DNA from: Eutreptiella sp. 'Long Island Sound 2002'
Taxonomy: Eukaryota; Protista; Euglenida
Direction: 5' to 3'
Length of the DNA: 64,000 nt
Assembly: GCA_964036045.1 (NCBI GenBank)
Contig: OZ038378.1
Location: 167,772,001-167,836,000, forward strand
In this document: positions 13,578 through 25,556 of the stretch, piece by piece
How the letters are laid out: every line of letters begins with the position of its first letter
How positions within the stretch are numbered: the stretch's first letter is position 1
Program-made: the position numbers and the translations under genes
Notes under the pieces: generated by a model
What the model saw: the letters and a program-made list of their open reading frames with translations, nothing else
The model's database searches: none
What the model was told of the DNA's origin: nothing

Positions 13578-16500
13578 CTGATGGGGGGAGTTGGATGCAC
13601 GTCGGTGATTGTGGTTTCTGACCAGTGCGTTGATGGAGGTTGGGGAGTGCGAGTACCATTGTGTAAAGCGTTGGAGGCATACCTCGCCCAACACCACTGA
13701 AGCAGGCACCGGTACAAACGCGCCTGCGGGCAGTGCAGCAGATGTAGCAACGGAGGACAACCGCGCGTCCTGCATTAGCGTAGGGGTATGCGGGGTGGCG
13801 CTGCCGTCCGAGTCTTGACTTTGCCAGTCCGCCGCTTTTGCGGAGGTGTGGCCGCTGGAGCCTTTTGCATCTGAGGACACGAACAAGTGCTGGGATTCGC
13901 GTGCAAACCTTGCGGCCCTTCAGCCGCGCGCGCCCCAAGGGCACTCTCGTAACCCCCCGCCCCGTCCAAAGGAGCTCTTGGCCTGGCCGCAACCCGGACG
14001 CCGAGGGTCGTGCGCACTCTATGCCCCCCTCCGCATCACTCCTGCGGCGGATCCCGGAAAACCAGCCCACACACTCCACGAATGCGGTGTACGTGTGTAC
14101 CGGTGTACGCGTGCGCACGCCTCGGTACCTGACCGCTTTACAGCGCCTGTGCGCTTCGGGTTCGTGTTGGGCCTGCGGTCTTTGCTGATAATGTTGAGGC
14201 CGCTGAACGCCTCCAGGGCCCGTTGGACCTCCGGTGCAGTCACCGCCACGCCGTCAATGGACTGGATCGTGGGGATTGCGTGGATGATGAAGTACCTGCA
14301 GTGCAGAGCTCAGGCGCAGGGCACACTCCGCTCATCAGTGTGGCATAGGGCTGGGGTGAGCTGTGGGCCCGACCGGAAGCCATCCGTAAAATGCGATGAC
14401 TGTGAAAATGCTTGTTTCAGGGGACACACTTGGCACGGTGTTGTGGTCATTAGACAAACACTTGAAGCATCGGAAGTGTGGCACTGGAAGCAGGAAACGA
14501 TGGGCTTTAGACGATTGTGAGCACCAGGCCTGGTTGAGAAGAGGAGGGGATCTTGTTTCGCCGGGATCCAAGTGCCTGAAGGCCTTTTGTGACCCAACAT
14601 TTTGCTTTTTCGAATTAGCCGCCTCTCGTCCCCCCCCCCCCCCCTGTGTGACATGAACTCCATCTGTGGTTTCTTTACGGGGCCCTGGACAGTGAACCGT
14701 TTGTTCTTCACTGCATGATGCAGTGTCAATCTTCTCCTGAAGGTCCGCCAAGCCACTGTCTTCACCCCACCATTTCAGGTAGGGTATTGTGGGGTATATT
14801 CAACAAACCCTTGAAAAGGGCTATTGGGAACACCCGGGGTCTGCATGCTGTACTGACGACATGCTTGAGATTTTCGTCTGTTTTGGATGGTGCCTGTGTT
14901 GCTTGCTGCCTCCTTTTGTCAACCTGCAGCTATCATGTCCGCATACAAATTCACATCACGGGCGGTTGCTTCCCCCGATGCATAAAAGCCTTTGGTGCGT
15001 AAAAGGGCTCGCTCTGGGGGTGCAGAGTGGGTGCAGGTGACTTGGCACCGGCCTGGCAGCCAGGCAAAAGAGCCCCATACAGCTGGTTTGCAGCAACCTG
15101 CATGCACCCACAGACCCAGAGGCCGCTTCTTTTGCAAGCCAATTTTAGGGTTGTAAAGTGCACCCCACGAAGGCTTCACAGCATGAGTCCTTGGCTACAT
15201 GCATTGATGTTGATTTGGAGACAAACGTCAAGCATGCACATCGGCACAAGTACACGAGAAAGGGGGCATCAGACAAGTGGTCCCCTGAGCGTTTCTCCAT
15301 CCTGTGCGTCGTCCAATTTCCAGCTCTGTGCTCAAAATGTGACCACCGACCCCTCCCCCCCCCTTAACCCATACAGTTCTGAAACGGCCTTTTCTCACAG
15401 ATTTCAAAAAGTATACACATACCCCATCAAGGGAACGAAATTTTGGCGCATTGGACCAAAAGTTCAGAAATCCCAGGAAAAGTGCCAAAACCCACCGGGT
15501 TGGCATCCACCGAATGTCCCAGAGAGTTATGGCATTAACCTCCGCTCAGCCCCACGACCGTGGTGTGGCACCCATGCTGCAGGCCCCCCGTGGCGGTCGG
15601 CGACCACCCCTGCCGGTTCGCTCAAGCGAAGTCTGGCACTCACCACCTATCTGCTAAGCCCTATCAGCAGGACCCCTGCACGTCGACTCAAATCACCGGC
15701 TCCCGGCCATGGGCAGGAACCATCCCCAACACAGCTCGGGATTTTGCGCGAGTGCCTGTGCTCGACCGGGCCTAGCATCCCCGCGCCTTGGTTTCTTTCT
15801 TCTTCTTTCTTCTTTCTTTTTTTTTTCCTTCTTTCCTTTTCTTTCTTTTCTTTCTTTTCTTTTTCTTGGTTGCAGCATTGCAGCACAGCGCAAAGCAGAG
15901 CGGGGCAGCTAACCTAGAGACTGCCAGGCCCGGGAGCTCCTTCCCATTGATCGTATTGGGGGAGCGCAGTACCGCTTTTTGCATGGACCGTCCTCCATAG
16001 CCGTTGGCACCACATCCAGCGCCGGAGCCATGTCTAGTCCCGTTGCTACCTTGGTGGTAGTACATCAGCTGCTACTGATACAACAGCACTTTTTGTCCCT
16101 CCGTGCGCCGCGCTTTGGGTCTCCCCTCCCACGACTACCTCCCATGCAATTACTTAATCACTTAATTGCTCAATTAAACAAGGCCTGTTGAGCAACCACA
16201 GATTTATCAGTGCCAAAGCCCCCAGACGGTCGACCGTCATATTCTCGGACTTTTCCGGTTGCATGTGCTCTTGTTCTTTGCGTTTCAGTGATACATGCAC
16301 CAACACTCAGCTGAAATTCATTGCAACAGCAGGAACCACCTAGGCCTCTTTCCTATCTTTATGTGCCTCAACACTTCGGGCCCCTGGGTGTACCAGGCAA
16401 AAAAAAAAAGAGTGCTCATAACATCAAAACTGGACCTGTGTGCAAAAAGAGACCGGCATGACCGGTGAATCTGACGCATTAAGGAAGGCATAAGCCACAT

Positions 16501-19500
16501 ATATTTGCAGGGTGACCTGAAAGTAAAGTATCAGTGGGGCACAAAAACTACGCCATAATTCTTCACTTGGTAGAGTGAGTGGATTAGTTTGGACCAGATT
16601 TTGGAGGCCTGTACGGTGGCCTCCTCAATCACATTGGACTCCGGGGAGGCTACACGTGAAAGGGGATCTGCCGGTTGTAGGTGACTAGGCACCCACACGA
16701 CATGGAGAGTTAACTGTGACGTGCGGAGACGGTGTACAACATTCCGAAGAACCTGCTGTTGTTTCCAGTGGCGGGACCTAGCTCGTAGGTTCACTGAACC
16801 CCAAACAGCTTGCATATTATCCTGGAGCATAGCAATCTGGGAGAGCTTGCGATTCGCTGCATATTTCACAAGTATGGATACACCGTACAACTAAGCCATT
16901 TATTGCGTGGAGACCTAGGAAGGGCACTCGTAGACGTGACCTCGACCCGCAGAGAACAACCCGACCCTATAACGCGTGGCACCCTGGGATGTGGTGTATT
17001 CCGCTGCATCCACCGCCACCCACTTAGCTAACATCCAAGACGCTGCAATCACCGACAGAGGCTTGAAGTCGGGCATGGCCACGAGCGCCGCCGAGACCAT
17101 GGACCTCCAAAAGGTGTCCGTGACACGTATATAATCAGACCTATTGTAGGAGATGGCCATCCAGACCCCTGCTAGGAACGGCAAGTGTCCCTTCTTGGGG
17201 GCAGCCAACCAGCCTATGAGACCAAGTATATGTACAATGGTCTTAGCGCACACAACACGTCCATGGACATTAATCAGTGCTGAAAATACGCGGGTGCGTA
17301 GGTGCTAGGCATAGCCGCCCAACAAAGGAACTTCCGTCGTAGTGTATGCAAGTTCGGCAAAGCCATTCCGGGCTTGGGTCCCCTGTGAGCTTGATTGCCT
17401 AGTGTACAATTAACAATAAAAGAACACTTCGTGGGGGGTTTTGGGATGACAAATATGGGCGCACTGGGCGCACGACGGAACCCGCGCATGTCGTCATGAA
17501 TGACAAACACGTGGCCCTGCCGGATTAGGGCCTTGGTCATAGCCAACTCCTCTGGACGTAATTCCCTGCGAAGTACCTCCAGACTGCACATGGCCAAAAG
17601 AGCACGTGGGGTGGCTACGTTGTCCCCTGTGTCCTGGGAAATGTGGACCCGTCTTGCCGGCCCCAGGCCCATCTCAGCCACCTCGGGCGGAACCTGCAGG
17701 TGACCCCGCTGGGTTGTACAACCTGGACCCACCGAAGATCCCTTTTTAGGGCTAGTGGGAGACAAGCCAATACATGTGGCAAGAAGTTCCGCAAACTACA
17801 AGTGCTAGACAGTGGTAAACAGGAATTGAACATATTGAGACGTGCCTAACCGACGAACAAACTCCACCGCCACCATAAAAACAGCAAACAACGGGACCCA
17901 CAGCTGGGCAAACGTCTAGCGTGGTGGGAGCCTGACACGCCGAGCCAGCCGCCAGAGCTTGGACCGCCACTGGTGGATGTGATGTCTGGAGTGCGCATGT
18001 AACGGACGGAGAGAATGGGAATCATCTAACCCCCGCCCCCGAATGGTGCGCTGTCTTGCAGGCCTTGGCTGCAAGCGAGGCTAGCTGCGCGACGTCTTTG
18101 GAGGCCTCTCCTGTGTCTGGACATTTGACTTTGGGCAAAGGTCTCCGTGGCCTGGGTCTCTGGGCGTCAACTGCGAAGTTTTGGACCACGGGTTCCTTGG
18201 TAGTTGGTACAAAGGCAACTGGGTTTGGCCTTGGCTAGTCTCTACCCGTGGCTTTTAGTTTAGCTCCACACGACGGCTCCTGTTTGTGCACGTCTCTTGA
18301 TCCCTTGGCCCGGAACGTCCACGTCGAATTGAACAGCAGGGGCACCAGGCGCTTCGTCCAAGCCCTCAGCTCCTGATTCGTCCGTGACCCATTCCAGCTT
18401 GGAGTCCCTAATAAACTGTCGTGACGGCCAGAGCCTGCTCGCCTTAAACTCCTTCCACTCGTAGTGCCAGTCACCCACGGATCCTAGTATAACGACTAGC
18501 CACGGTACTTGGCCTTTCGTCCATGGTACCCCGACCCACCTGGCAACGCACTTGCGGGCGACCCGGAGAGACTTCCAACGCCCCCTCTGGACCACCATGG
18601 CCAAGCTGCTCGAAGGGACCGAGTATCATGGGATTACGTGGCACGCATGGAGACGAGCAGTGGCCACTATATTCCTCCGCGCAGGCGGCACTATGCCGGA
18701 ACTACTAACTGCCGGTAGGTAGGGGGAACATCCTTGGATGCTGATCTGAAGCGGCACGAATCCAGATACTATGTTTATATAATCCCCAGAGGGCCTCGTG
18801 ACCCACTGCCTTCTGGATTTTTGGTCAAAGAATCGGACCACAGACTTGCTTTGCAGGAGATCGACCGCTCGGATGCTGGCGGCTTCATTGACCCTGAGGC
18901 AATAGGCAATGGATAGGAGAGACAACGCGACGACGATGCGTTCATGTGGTGATTGGGCTTTGCGACCCATCGTTTCGAGGACCTCCAGTGATCCCCAGCG
19001 TTGTGACCTGCCCGTACGAGCGAGTTGTTCTTTACCACGGACAAGGCGCCACACATTCTGCGGTACAAATTGGGGGCAGAGGTCAAGTTCCTCAAGGAGT
19101 CGGCACGCCCCAATTGCCTGTCGCATGCCAGATGCCGTGTCATGTCTTTGGGCCTGGCTGAATGGGTGCTTCCCGAGGATGATCGTAGGGTCACTGGTGT
19201 CGGACGTGAACTGTGTGGTAGCCATAGCCTTGGTGTGGCGGGAGTATGCATCCAGAGTGGACTTGGCCTAGGAGGCCAAGGCGACGGTGCACCAGTTTGA
19301 CGGGCTCTCCCTCTGTCGGAGTTCTTCGAGTCGTTGGGCCCATTGAGAAAATCCGTCTTCCAGCTCTTCAGTGTGGCAGAACTCGTGCCCATGGCTTTGC
19401 CGACGTCCCGAGGAGCTACTTCATCGTCGATGACGTCGTGCGCACTTCCATTCCAAGTGGCAGCCCCCGCAGTGGTCGCAGTCACTAGGCGGGGGCTGGT

Positions 19501-22500
19501 TTGTGCGCCACCGCTTACCGCTTGCTGAGACGACATACTCAATCCCGTCAACTTCACAGAACCGGAATTTTCCGCGGTAATAGTACTTGATGTCAGTGTC
19601 ATCTCCCGAGTCTCTGGTAGATCCGCTGCGCGTGGACACCAAATTGGATCTCGATGCCGACCGGGGCCTCTTGCTCTATCTATCCCTCCTAGATTTGGAC
19701 CTCTTCCGTGACCGGGACCTTGAACGGCGTTTCTTCTTGGACCCCTTAGACCCCTTCCCATAGCGAGCATACTTGCGTTCATATTGCTTTTGGGCTTTGA
19801 CCACCAGGCTCCAGACGCCTAAGACAGGCAGTGTGGGAGGTTCAGCGAGAATGTTTTCGTGAATGGCATGGGATATCATGTCCAAGATGCTGAGCATCCA
19901 TCCTGTCAGCCCTGTAGTAGAGTCTCTGAAGTCCTTGATGGTGTCCACTGTCAATGGCAGGGCCAGCCAGTCGTCCTTAGCAGTATGCGACCTCTCTTTT
20001 TCATCCTTGGCAAGACCCTTTTCCAGCTCCTCAATTTTTGATTCCAAGGCCTTGATAGATGACTTCTTATCCGGGTCATCAGCTGATGACTTGCGTGAAC
20101 CTCCAAGTGATTTCAATGGCATGAATTTGCCTGTCTCAGGCATGTACCGGGACTTGTGAACTTCCTCCCAAGCATAGAGCACATCCATCATTTTTTCCGG
20201 GGGCATCTCGATAGCAAGCTGGGCTTGTCGTGCTGCTGCAATTTGTGGGACATTGTGACCAGCCTGGACCCACCTTACTGACATCTCAGCAACTCCGTTG
20301 GCCAGTTTGTCTGCTGGAGCCCGTGATATCCAAAGTGGAAATGCATGTTCTACGAAGGCTCGCACAGCTGCTAGCTCGGGCTCCTCTTCAGCTAGCCGTT
20401 TCTTATTGTTGTCTGAGGGCATCACTTGGGATTAGTAGATGATGTTCACTGAAGTCGGTCTGTGCAGCGAAGTATGTGCTGGCACTTGTTCCCAACACAG
20501 GAGGTATCAGTGGAGAGAAAAGAAGAAGAGAATAAAACACACACAGGCCACTGGGCTATCTAGCCCTGAGTAAAACAATAAATAAATCTGTGTAACAAAC
20601 ATTCAAGCTAGGCACCCATACAGAAACCACCGTTCACGGAGCAAACGATAGTTTTGTTGTGTTCTGCTTTGTCATCGGCGAGGCCCAGTAGCTCGGTTGG
20701 GCCAGTGCCAGCCGTTCTTCTCCTGGGGTGTACCAGCTACTGCACTGAACGCAGCCCAACACATCTGGAAGAGCAAACACGGGTCGTGAGTTTCCTGGGC
20801 TCGCACTATTTTGTTGCGGTCGCGCGTCTCAAGCACCCGTCTCACTCTGCTGCAAATTTGCCAGCCCCACCCAGCCCCAACCCACCACAAAATTGCACCT
20901 TCTGGTGTTCCCTCTCACTCCCCACTCTGAAGGATGGCATGCAGGACCCCCCCCCCCCCCCCGAGAGCGGCCAGAGAAAAAAAACAATGTGTCGCGACAG
21001 TGAACCGGGTCCTTCAGCTTTTGGCGAACAACTTCATTTAGAAACGTCACTCTTACGGAAAACCCGTCCACACGCTTCGTCTGCCAGCCCAACATGTCGT
21101 ATCCCACTTGAAAACGTGTTTGTGGCTGTAGATGCTGTTGCAATAATGCGTTGCAATGGAGTGTGGAAAACAGCTTTCTGTATGCTCTTGTGGGCCACTC
21201 CAATACATCAGCCGCAATGGTGAGCAGTGGGATCAACACTCCACACAACTGCACCTTTCCTGTCCCCTCTCGAGAAACACACATGACGTCAATCACCAAA
21301 GCAGTTCACACCACACGATACGACACTGGACACCTGGTGCTGCATGGCACCCAACCAACCTTCATGGGGCCCCAGGTCAAATGAGGCCCAAAGATGTCTG
21401 CCACATTTGGGGCACCCGCCAGAAACTGGGGTTAGGCCAGGGTTTGGGGGCCCGCCTGGAATCAGTCCGCCGCCCTGCCATCCTATCTCAAATGGACTAT
21501 AACAGAAGGGAAACGCAGGACAATCTGGACTGAAGGCGGGTGTAATTCTGCACACGACGGTAGGCGGGCCCCAAACCCTGGCCTAACCCCAGTTTCTGGC
21601 GGGCGCCCCAAACGTGGCAGACATCTTTGGGCCTCACTTGACCCACATCGAAGGGGAGAAACGCGCAGCCGAATCACCGAAAGGACGTTTGCCGGCGGTC
21701 ACACTGCGGTACGGCGTCAGGGGGGGGGGATAAAGGCTGAAGGAGTATGCCGGTGATGGGTGGGTGCGTTGCCCACCCGTTAGGTTGGGGGTGAAGAGGG
21801 GCGGGTTCAAACAACTGTGAGAGGTGGGCAGCCCATTGGGCTACCTAACAGCCGGGGAAAAATGTTTTTACGGCATGAGATTGGGAGAGCTGCCCCGCTA
21901 CTCACAAGTGCTGCTTGTGCCCCTTTGCGTCAAGGCCCGGAGGGGGGGGGTCCTCTCGTTTTCCATGTCAGTGGCCATGTCCTCCACAACACAATGCCAC
22001 ACCAAAACCATCGCAGGGTGCTTCAGCCAATACCTTTGAGGTCCTACACTGCCCCCATGCACCCCCATACCCTCCGAACCAAAAGACACACAGACCTGTA
22101 GTGCTGGTAATCCACCTGATCACCGTTGTTCAGATAATTGGGGCAGGCTGCATTGTCCAGCAATGAGATGTGCCGCAACTGAGGGAATGCCCGTGCAACG
22201 CGTTCGACAAACCTAGAGGCAGGTGGTCGATCTCAAGGCATGTATTGGGCGCCAGGGAAACGCAAGAGAGCTGAAGGTTGGCCTTGTGACAATGAGTGAT
22301 CGGTGACTTAAGGGAAGCGGCCTCCGCAATACTGACAGTGGGGGGGGGGGTTTCGCCCGGGGACAATTTTGCCGCGGATAATTTCGCCAGGGGAATTTCG
22401 CTACCCTTGAAATCCCCAAAGCTCCAAGTGTCATACGCCCGAACGACTGCAATAAAAGACACAAGACATGCACCAGACAAAGACTCCCAAATCCCAACAC

Positions 22501-25500
22501 ATTGCCACAACATTGTCACAGAATTGTGTTTTCTGAGAGGGGCCAAGTGCGCCTCCGAACGCGCCTGAGCCAACCGTTTCTTGCACAGATGCATGAGATT
22601 TGGTGCTGTTGATCCTGCAACTGGTGCCAGATTGGCCTCTTTTTCGAAGCATTCAGAATCACTAAGGCATGGCCATCCAAGACACACACTAAGTGCAGCC
22701 ATATTAATAAAGCACGCCTCTTTCAGGGGCCAAGCGCCTACGAGCCTGCCTGAGCCAACTGTTTCTTGCACAGATGCATCAAATCTGGTGATTTGCATGC
22801 ACCAGTTATAGGATCAGCAGCGCCAAATTTCATGCATCACCTCCCCCCTTTTTTCCTTTCGAACACACGCGGACTTGCCCAAGCGGGGTTACAGAATGAC
22901 TGAATAAACCGATCTGCGCAAGAAACGGTTGGCTCAGGCGCGTTCGTAGGCGCGCTTGACTCTTCTCAAAAGACAAAATCCCTGCAGCCCTGGCGAAGTA
23001 TGGACCTGTTCCGCTAAAGTTTCGCGGGCGAAAATTTCGCGACCTTTAATAATGGCGAAATCCCCCCCCCCCTCCCCTGGTAAGCCTCACCATCAACTTG
23101 AACATGCACAGTTCTCGACTTTCCAGAGACCTTGTTCTAACCCGACCCAAGCTTGATCATTTATGTGGTGCCATTCCGTGTCGGAAAATCACAGGGGTCC
23201 GGCGGCGGGTTTCCTTTCAAAAAACAAAAAGCAAGACCTACAAATTGTGCGGAGGAAGATTTGGGGGGGGGGGTTTGTCGGAGGTGGTGAAAGGGGCTCC
23301 ACACACAAACTCCGAGATACTATTTGCCCAAGAGACCCTACTTTCGTGCCCCAAAGAAAAGGAATTCAGAGCCAACAACGGCCAAGGTGTGGTTACCAAG
23401 GGTTGAAAAAGGCAAGCTCAACCTGGATAGATTGTCGATTTGATTGCTGTTGACGTAGAAGAGTTGCAGTTGCGCCTGTTGACGAGGGTGGCAGATGCCA
23501 AGATGGCACATCACCACTCAATGTGGGGACGAAGAGTTGGCAACCATCACATCAAGAGAGTAAGTGTGATAGCTTTGTTTTCCATTGAGAACAACGAACA
23601 GCTTTAAATCATTTCTATCCTCAAACAACATCTTTTGCTAACGCAAGGCAAGATCCAAATGTAGCCCCTCCCTCCTTGCTAGAAAAGCAAGGGGTCTTGG
23701 ATCGCAATAGCAAAGCAATTCCCGACTCCTCTCGCCAATATGGTAAAGTGCAATCCATGGACGCATGGCACTTAAGCGCAATGCCTTCTTGCGAAGCCCT
23801 TCCACGCGAGCCTAGCAATCCACACATTGCCCCTCCATCCTCGGCTTCGCAAGAGGGCCGTCCATGGATTGTCCTTAAAGACGACTGACGAGAGCACAAA
23901 ACAAAAGATGTTCTCAACTGGTCATGGCCTGTAGGTGCATTAACGCGAACGCAAGCGAGGAGATTCAGTTCATGGGGCATGTTTGCTAGAAACTCAATTT
24001 GCCTACAATCTTGCATTGTCACTCAGGCTGTAGTTTTTGTTGCTTTGCCACGAACTTTGCTCTTCTTACATATGCAACACACACTACCACCATCAAAATT
24101 ATTTGTGTTAGCACACCGGCACTTGTGCACGGCAGCAGTGACTTTCTCGATGCTATAGCCCTGATATGGACGGAAAGAGGCTTGCACCCACGCAAGTAGC
24201 CCCCCAATGAACTGCACAGCACTCTCAAAGCGCCGCGGGGTGTGCACCGACGGAACCGAAAACGAACCACACTCCTACTGTCTTGTACTTCGCTGTCAAG
24301 GTTCCCATCAACGGAGGCACACAATTGCAGGGCAAAGGACAACAAAGTAGAGATGCCTTAGCCTGGCCGGGGCGTTCTGGGACACAAGAATGCAGCATTG
24401 CGCACAAGTTGTCAACAAGAGACGGCGGCAAGCACGCAAAGAGAAAGTGATCACACGGCCATTAACTGCATACAGTACACACAGGAGGTGTTTAAATTCT
24501 TCTGAGCATACCAGATCAGTTCGTTTTCGCTTTATCTTACCGTCTCTACACGTAGCAATTACAGGCAGCAACCAAAATCAAGTGCAGGCAAATGCAGTAC
24601 AACAAACTAAAGAAAAGGAGCCTAAAAACAAGAATTTTCACCGCCAGAATCAAAGAGACTCATCTCAAATCCACTTTAGAACAGGCAATTCCACAATCTG
24701 CGGCCCTTTCTCTGCGCGACTGGTCGCGCGCGCCCCACAGTGCCGGTGGCACAAGAGAGGCCACAGGCAATCAATCAAAAAACGAAAAAACGAAAAAAAC
24801 GAAAAAAAGACCGTGGGGGGAGGGCGCGGTGGAGCAGCCTTGTACAACATGGTACAACATGGTGTTCAGCACTTGCATGCCTATTCTACCCAGTAGAATC
24901 ACCACACGCTGTGGTTGACACAGTTCAACAAACAATGGGGCAGGGGGGGGGGGGGCAGGTGCAAAGTCAAACCAAAATGCAATGAAACAGAGAACGTGAC
25001 AGACTATGGGTGGGACGTGCTGAGTGCTGCCGGAGCCTGAGCGGAGGCGGTGGGAAGCGAGGCCCACGCACCCCCCACCCCTTGGGACAGGCTGCTGCAA
25101 GCTTTGGCTGGGCGTGGGGTGTGTGTACGCACAGACATTGGCTTAGCGAAAGCGCGCGGTGAAGCATCCTGGTGGCGGTCTTTGTGTCACACCTTCCAAC
25201 CCCAGAACCAGTACTACACAGTTTTTATGATGGCTGCAGGTGTGCCTCACTTACCAAGACCACCCATTCTCCTTGGACTAGAGTTGGGCTTGTGAGGGTT
25301 CAGGGAAAGGTTGAAAGGCGAGTACCATATAAGGAAGTGCAATAGTGCTTTTGATGCGATTACCGTGTGCTATAAATGACCGGAGATTGGGGAAGTTCGC
25401 AAGGAAGTCCACATTGTCGAAGTAGTTGTATGAGACATCCAAATAAAGTAGGTTGAGCGGTTCCAGAACATACGAGGACGGAAGCTCATGCAAATTGCGG

Positions 25501-25556
25501 AACCCCAACCGTAGTCGTTGATTGTTGTTTTGTACGTCACAAGAAGAACTGGACAT
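6714..25556 (-). CDS. LRR (LRMDA/C10orf11-like) domain fused to a catalytically degenerate Has1/DDX18-like DEAD-box helicase; at least 14 exons, about 670-730 aa
   Basis: Phase-compatible GT-AG exons: 25556-25326, 23475-23423, 22212-22096, 14295-14129, 13870-13683, 13577-13443, 13098-12852, 12586-12526, 12380-12275, [one unresolved exon probably within 11220-11010], 10432-10310, 9850-9715, 9137-9011, 7447-7273, 6860-6714 (TGA). The N-terminus has LRR repeats and an LRR cap (NAACPNY...YQHYRYFIIHAIPTIQSID). The C-terminal part is colinear with Has1/DDX18: KMGRQHTTGLQ, IPLKLLDGGIV, NILVCSIGGF, VLCAPAEKYFLL, VDWLVHFDPPK, and a C-terminal extension (EAVYDDFLDEYKQH...IYHIYALD). The donor at 12852 is inferred from alignment length. 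Confidence 0.75.
9945..10262. repeat. (CAG)/(CAA)/(TGC/TGT)n trinucleotide microsatellite cluster, intronic
   Basis: Visible runs of cagcagcag, caacaacaa and tgttgttgc between exons 10310 and 9850. Confidence 0.9.
11420..11895. repeat. (GTGTT)n pentanucleotide microsatellite grading into GTGGT/GTGGC variants, intronic
   Basis: About 40 near-perfect GTGTT units followed by degenerate pentamers. Confidence 0.95.
14129..25556 (-). CDS. LRR module (exons 1-4) of the above gene; LRMDA/C10orf11-like leucine-rich repeat protein domain
   Basis: The spliced translation reads MSSSSCDVQNNNQRLRLGFRNLHELP...LLYLDVSYNYFDNVDFLANFPNLRSFIAHGNRI...AQLQLFYVNSNQIDNLSRFVERVARAFPQLRHISLLDNAACPNY...YRYFIIHAIPTIQSIDGVAVT. 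All four junctions are GT-AG and in frame. Confidence 0.85.
16531..17990 (-). pseudogene. Reverse transcriptase (central core deleted) plus RNase H of the YR retrotransposon
   Basis: The RT N-terminal motifs APIFVIPK...KCSFIVNC...LPNL are present. RNase H motifs are VAVDAA, a degraded xxLYGV (catalytic Glu position), QDN and WVPSHLQPADPLSR. No LPFGW or YxDD motif lies between them. Confidence 0.8.
18260..19400 (-). pseudogene. Tyrosine recombinase of the retrotransposon; disrupted by a stop, an internal inversion and an apparent catalytic Tyr->Cys change
   Basis: N-terminal AKSTLDAY, box I YCLRVNEAA (catalytic Arg), HAWRR on the opposite strand at ~18640-18655, and GRWKSLRVARKC with C at the catalytic-Tyr position. 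Confidence 0.8.
19421..20425 (-). pseudogene. gag-like ORF of the YR retrotransposon with Ser/Arg-rich linker and C-terminal CCHC-like knuckle; one in-frame TAG at ~19676
   Basis: ORF 20425-19676 continues in the same frame into 19642-19421, which ends in CDHCGGCHLEWKC (C-x2-C-x3-H-x4-C). Confidence 0.7.
21375..21643. mobile_element. Small fold-back (MITE-like) element with ~83-bp inverted arms
   Basis: 21375-~21458 is the near-perfect reverse complement of ~21561-21643, with a ~100-bp spacer. Confidence 0.75.
22290..23075. repeat. Intronic repeat with internal direct and inverted subrepeats (MITE-like)
   Basis: The motif gcctgagccaacYgtttcttgcacagatgcat occurs at ~22563 and ~22748, with an inverted copy at ~22915-22945. 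The AATTTCGC-rich ends at ~22345-22405 and ~23020-23070 are opposed. Confidence 0.55.

Larger units (their letters stand above)
16400..20600 (-). mobile_element. Decayed tyrosine-recombinase (YR) retrotransposon with gag-YR-RT-RNase H order (VIPER/TATE-type architecture), inserted in intron 3 of the LRR-pseudohelicase gene
   Basis: Colinear minus-strand gag-like, YR, RT and RNase H coding blocks with stops and frameshifts. Termini were not precisely identified, so the boundaries are approximate. Confidence 0.85.

Noticed and set aside
16197-20592. 11-bp inverted match (cacagatttat) as ITRs of the YR element
   Set aside because: The match is too short and does not extend, so it is compatible with chance.
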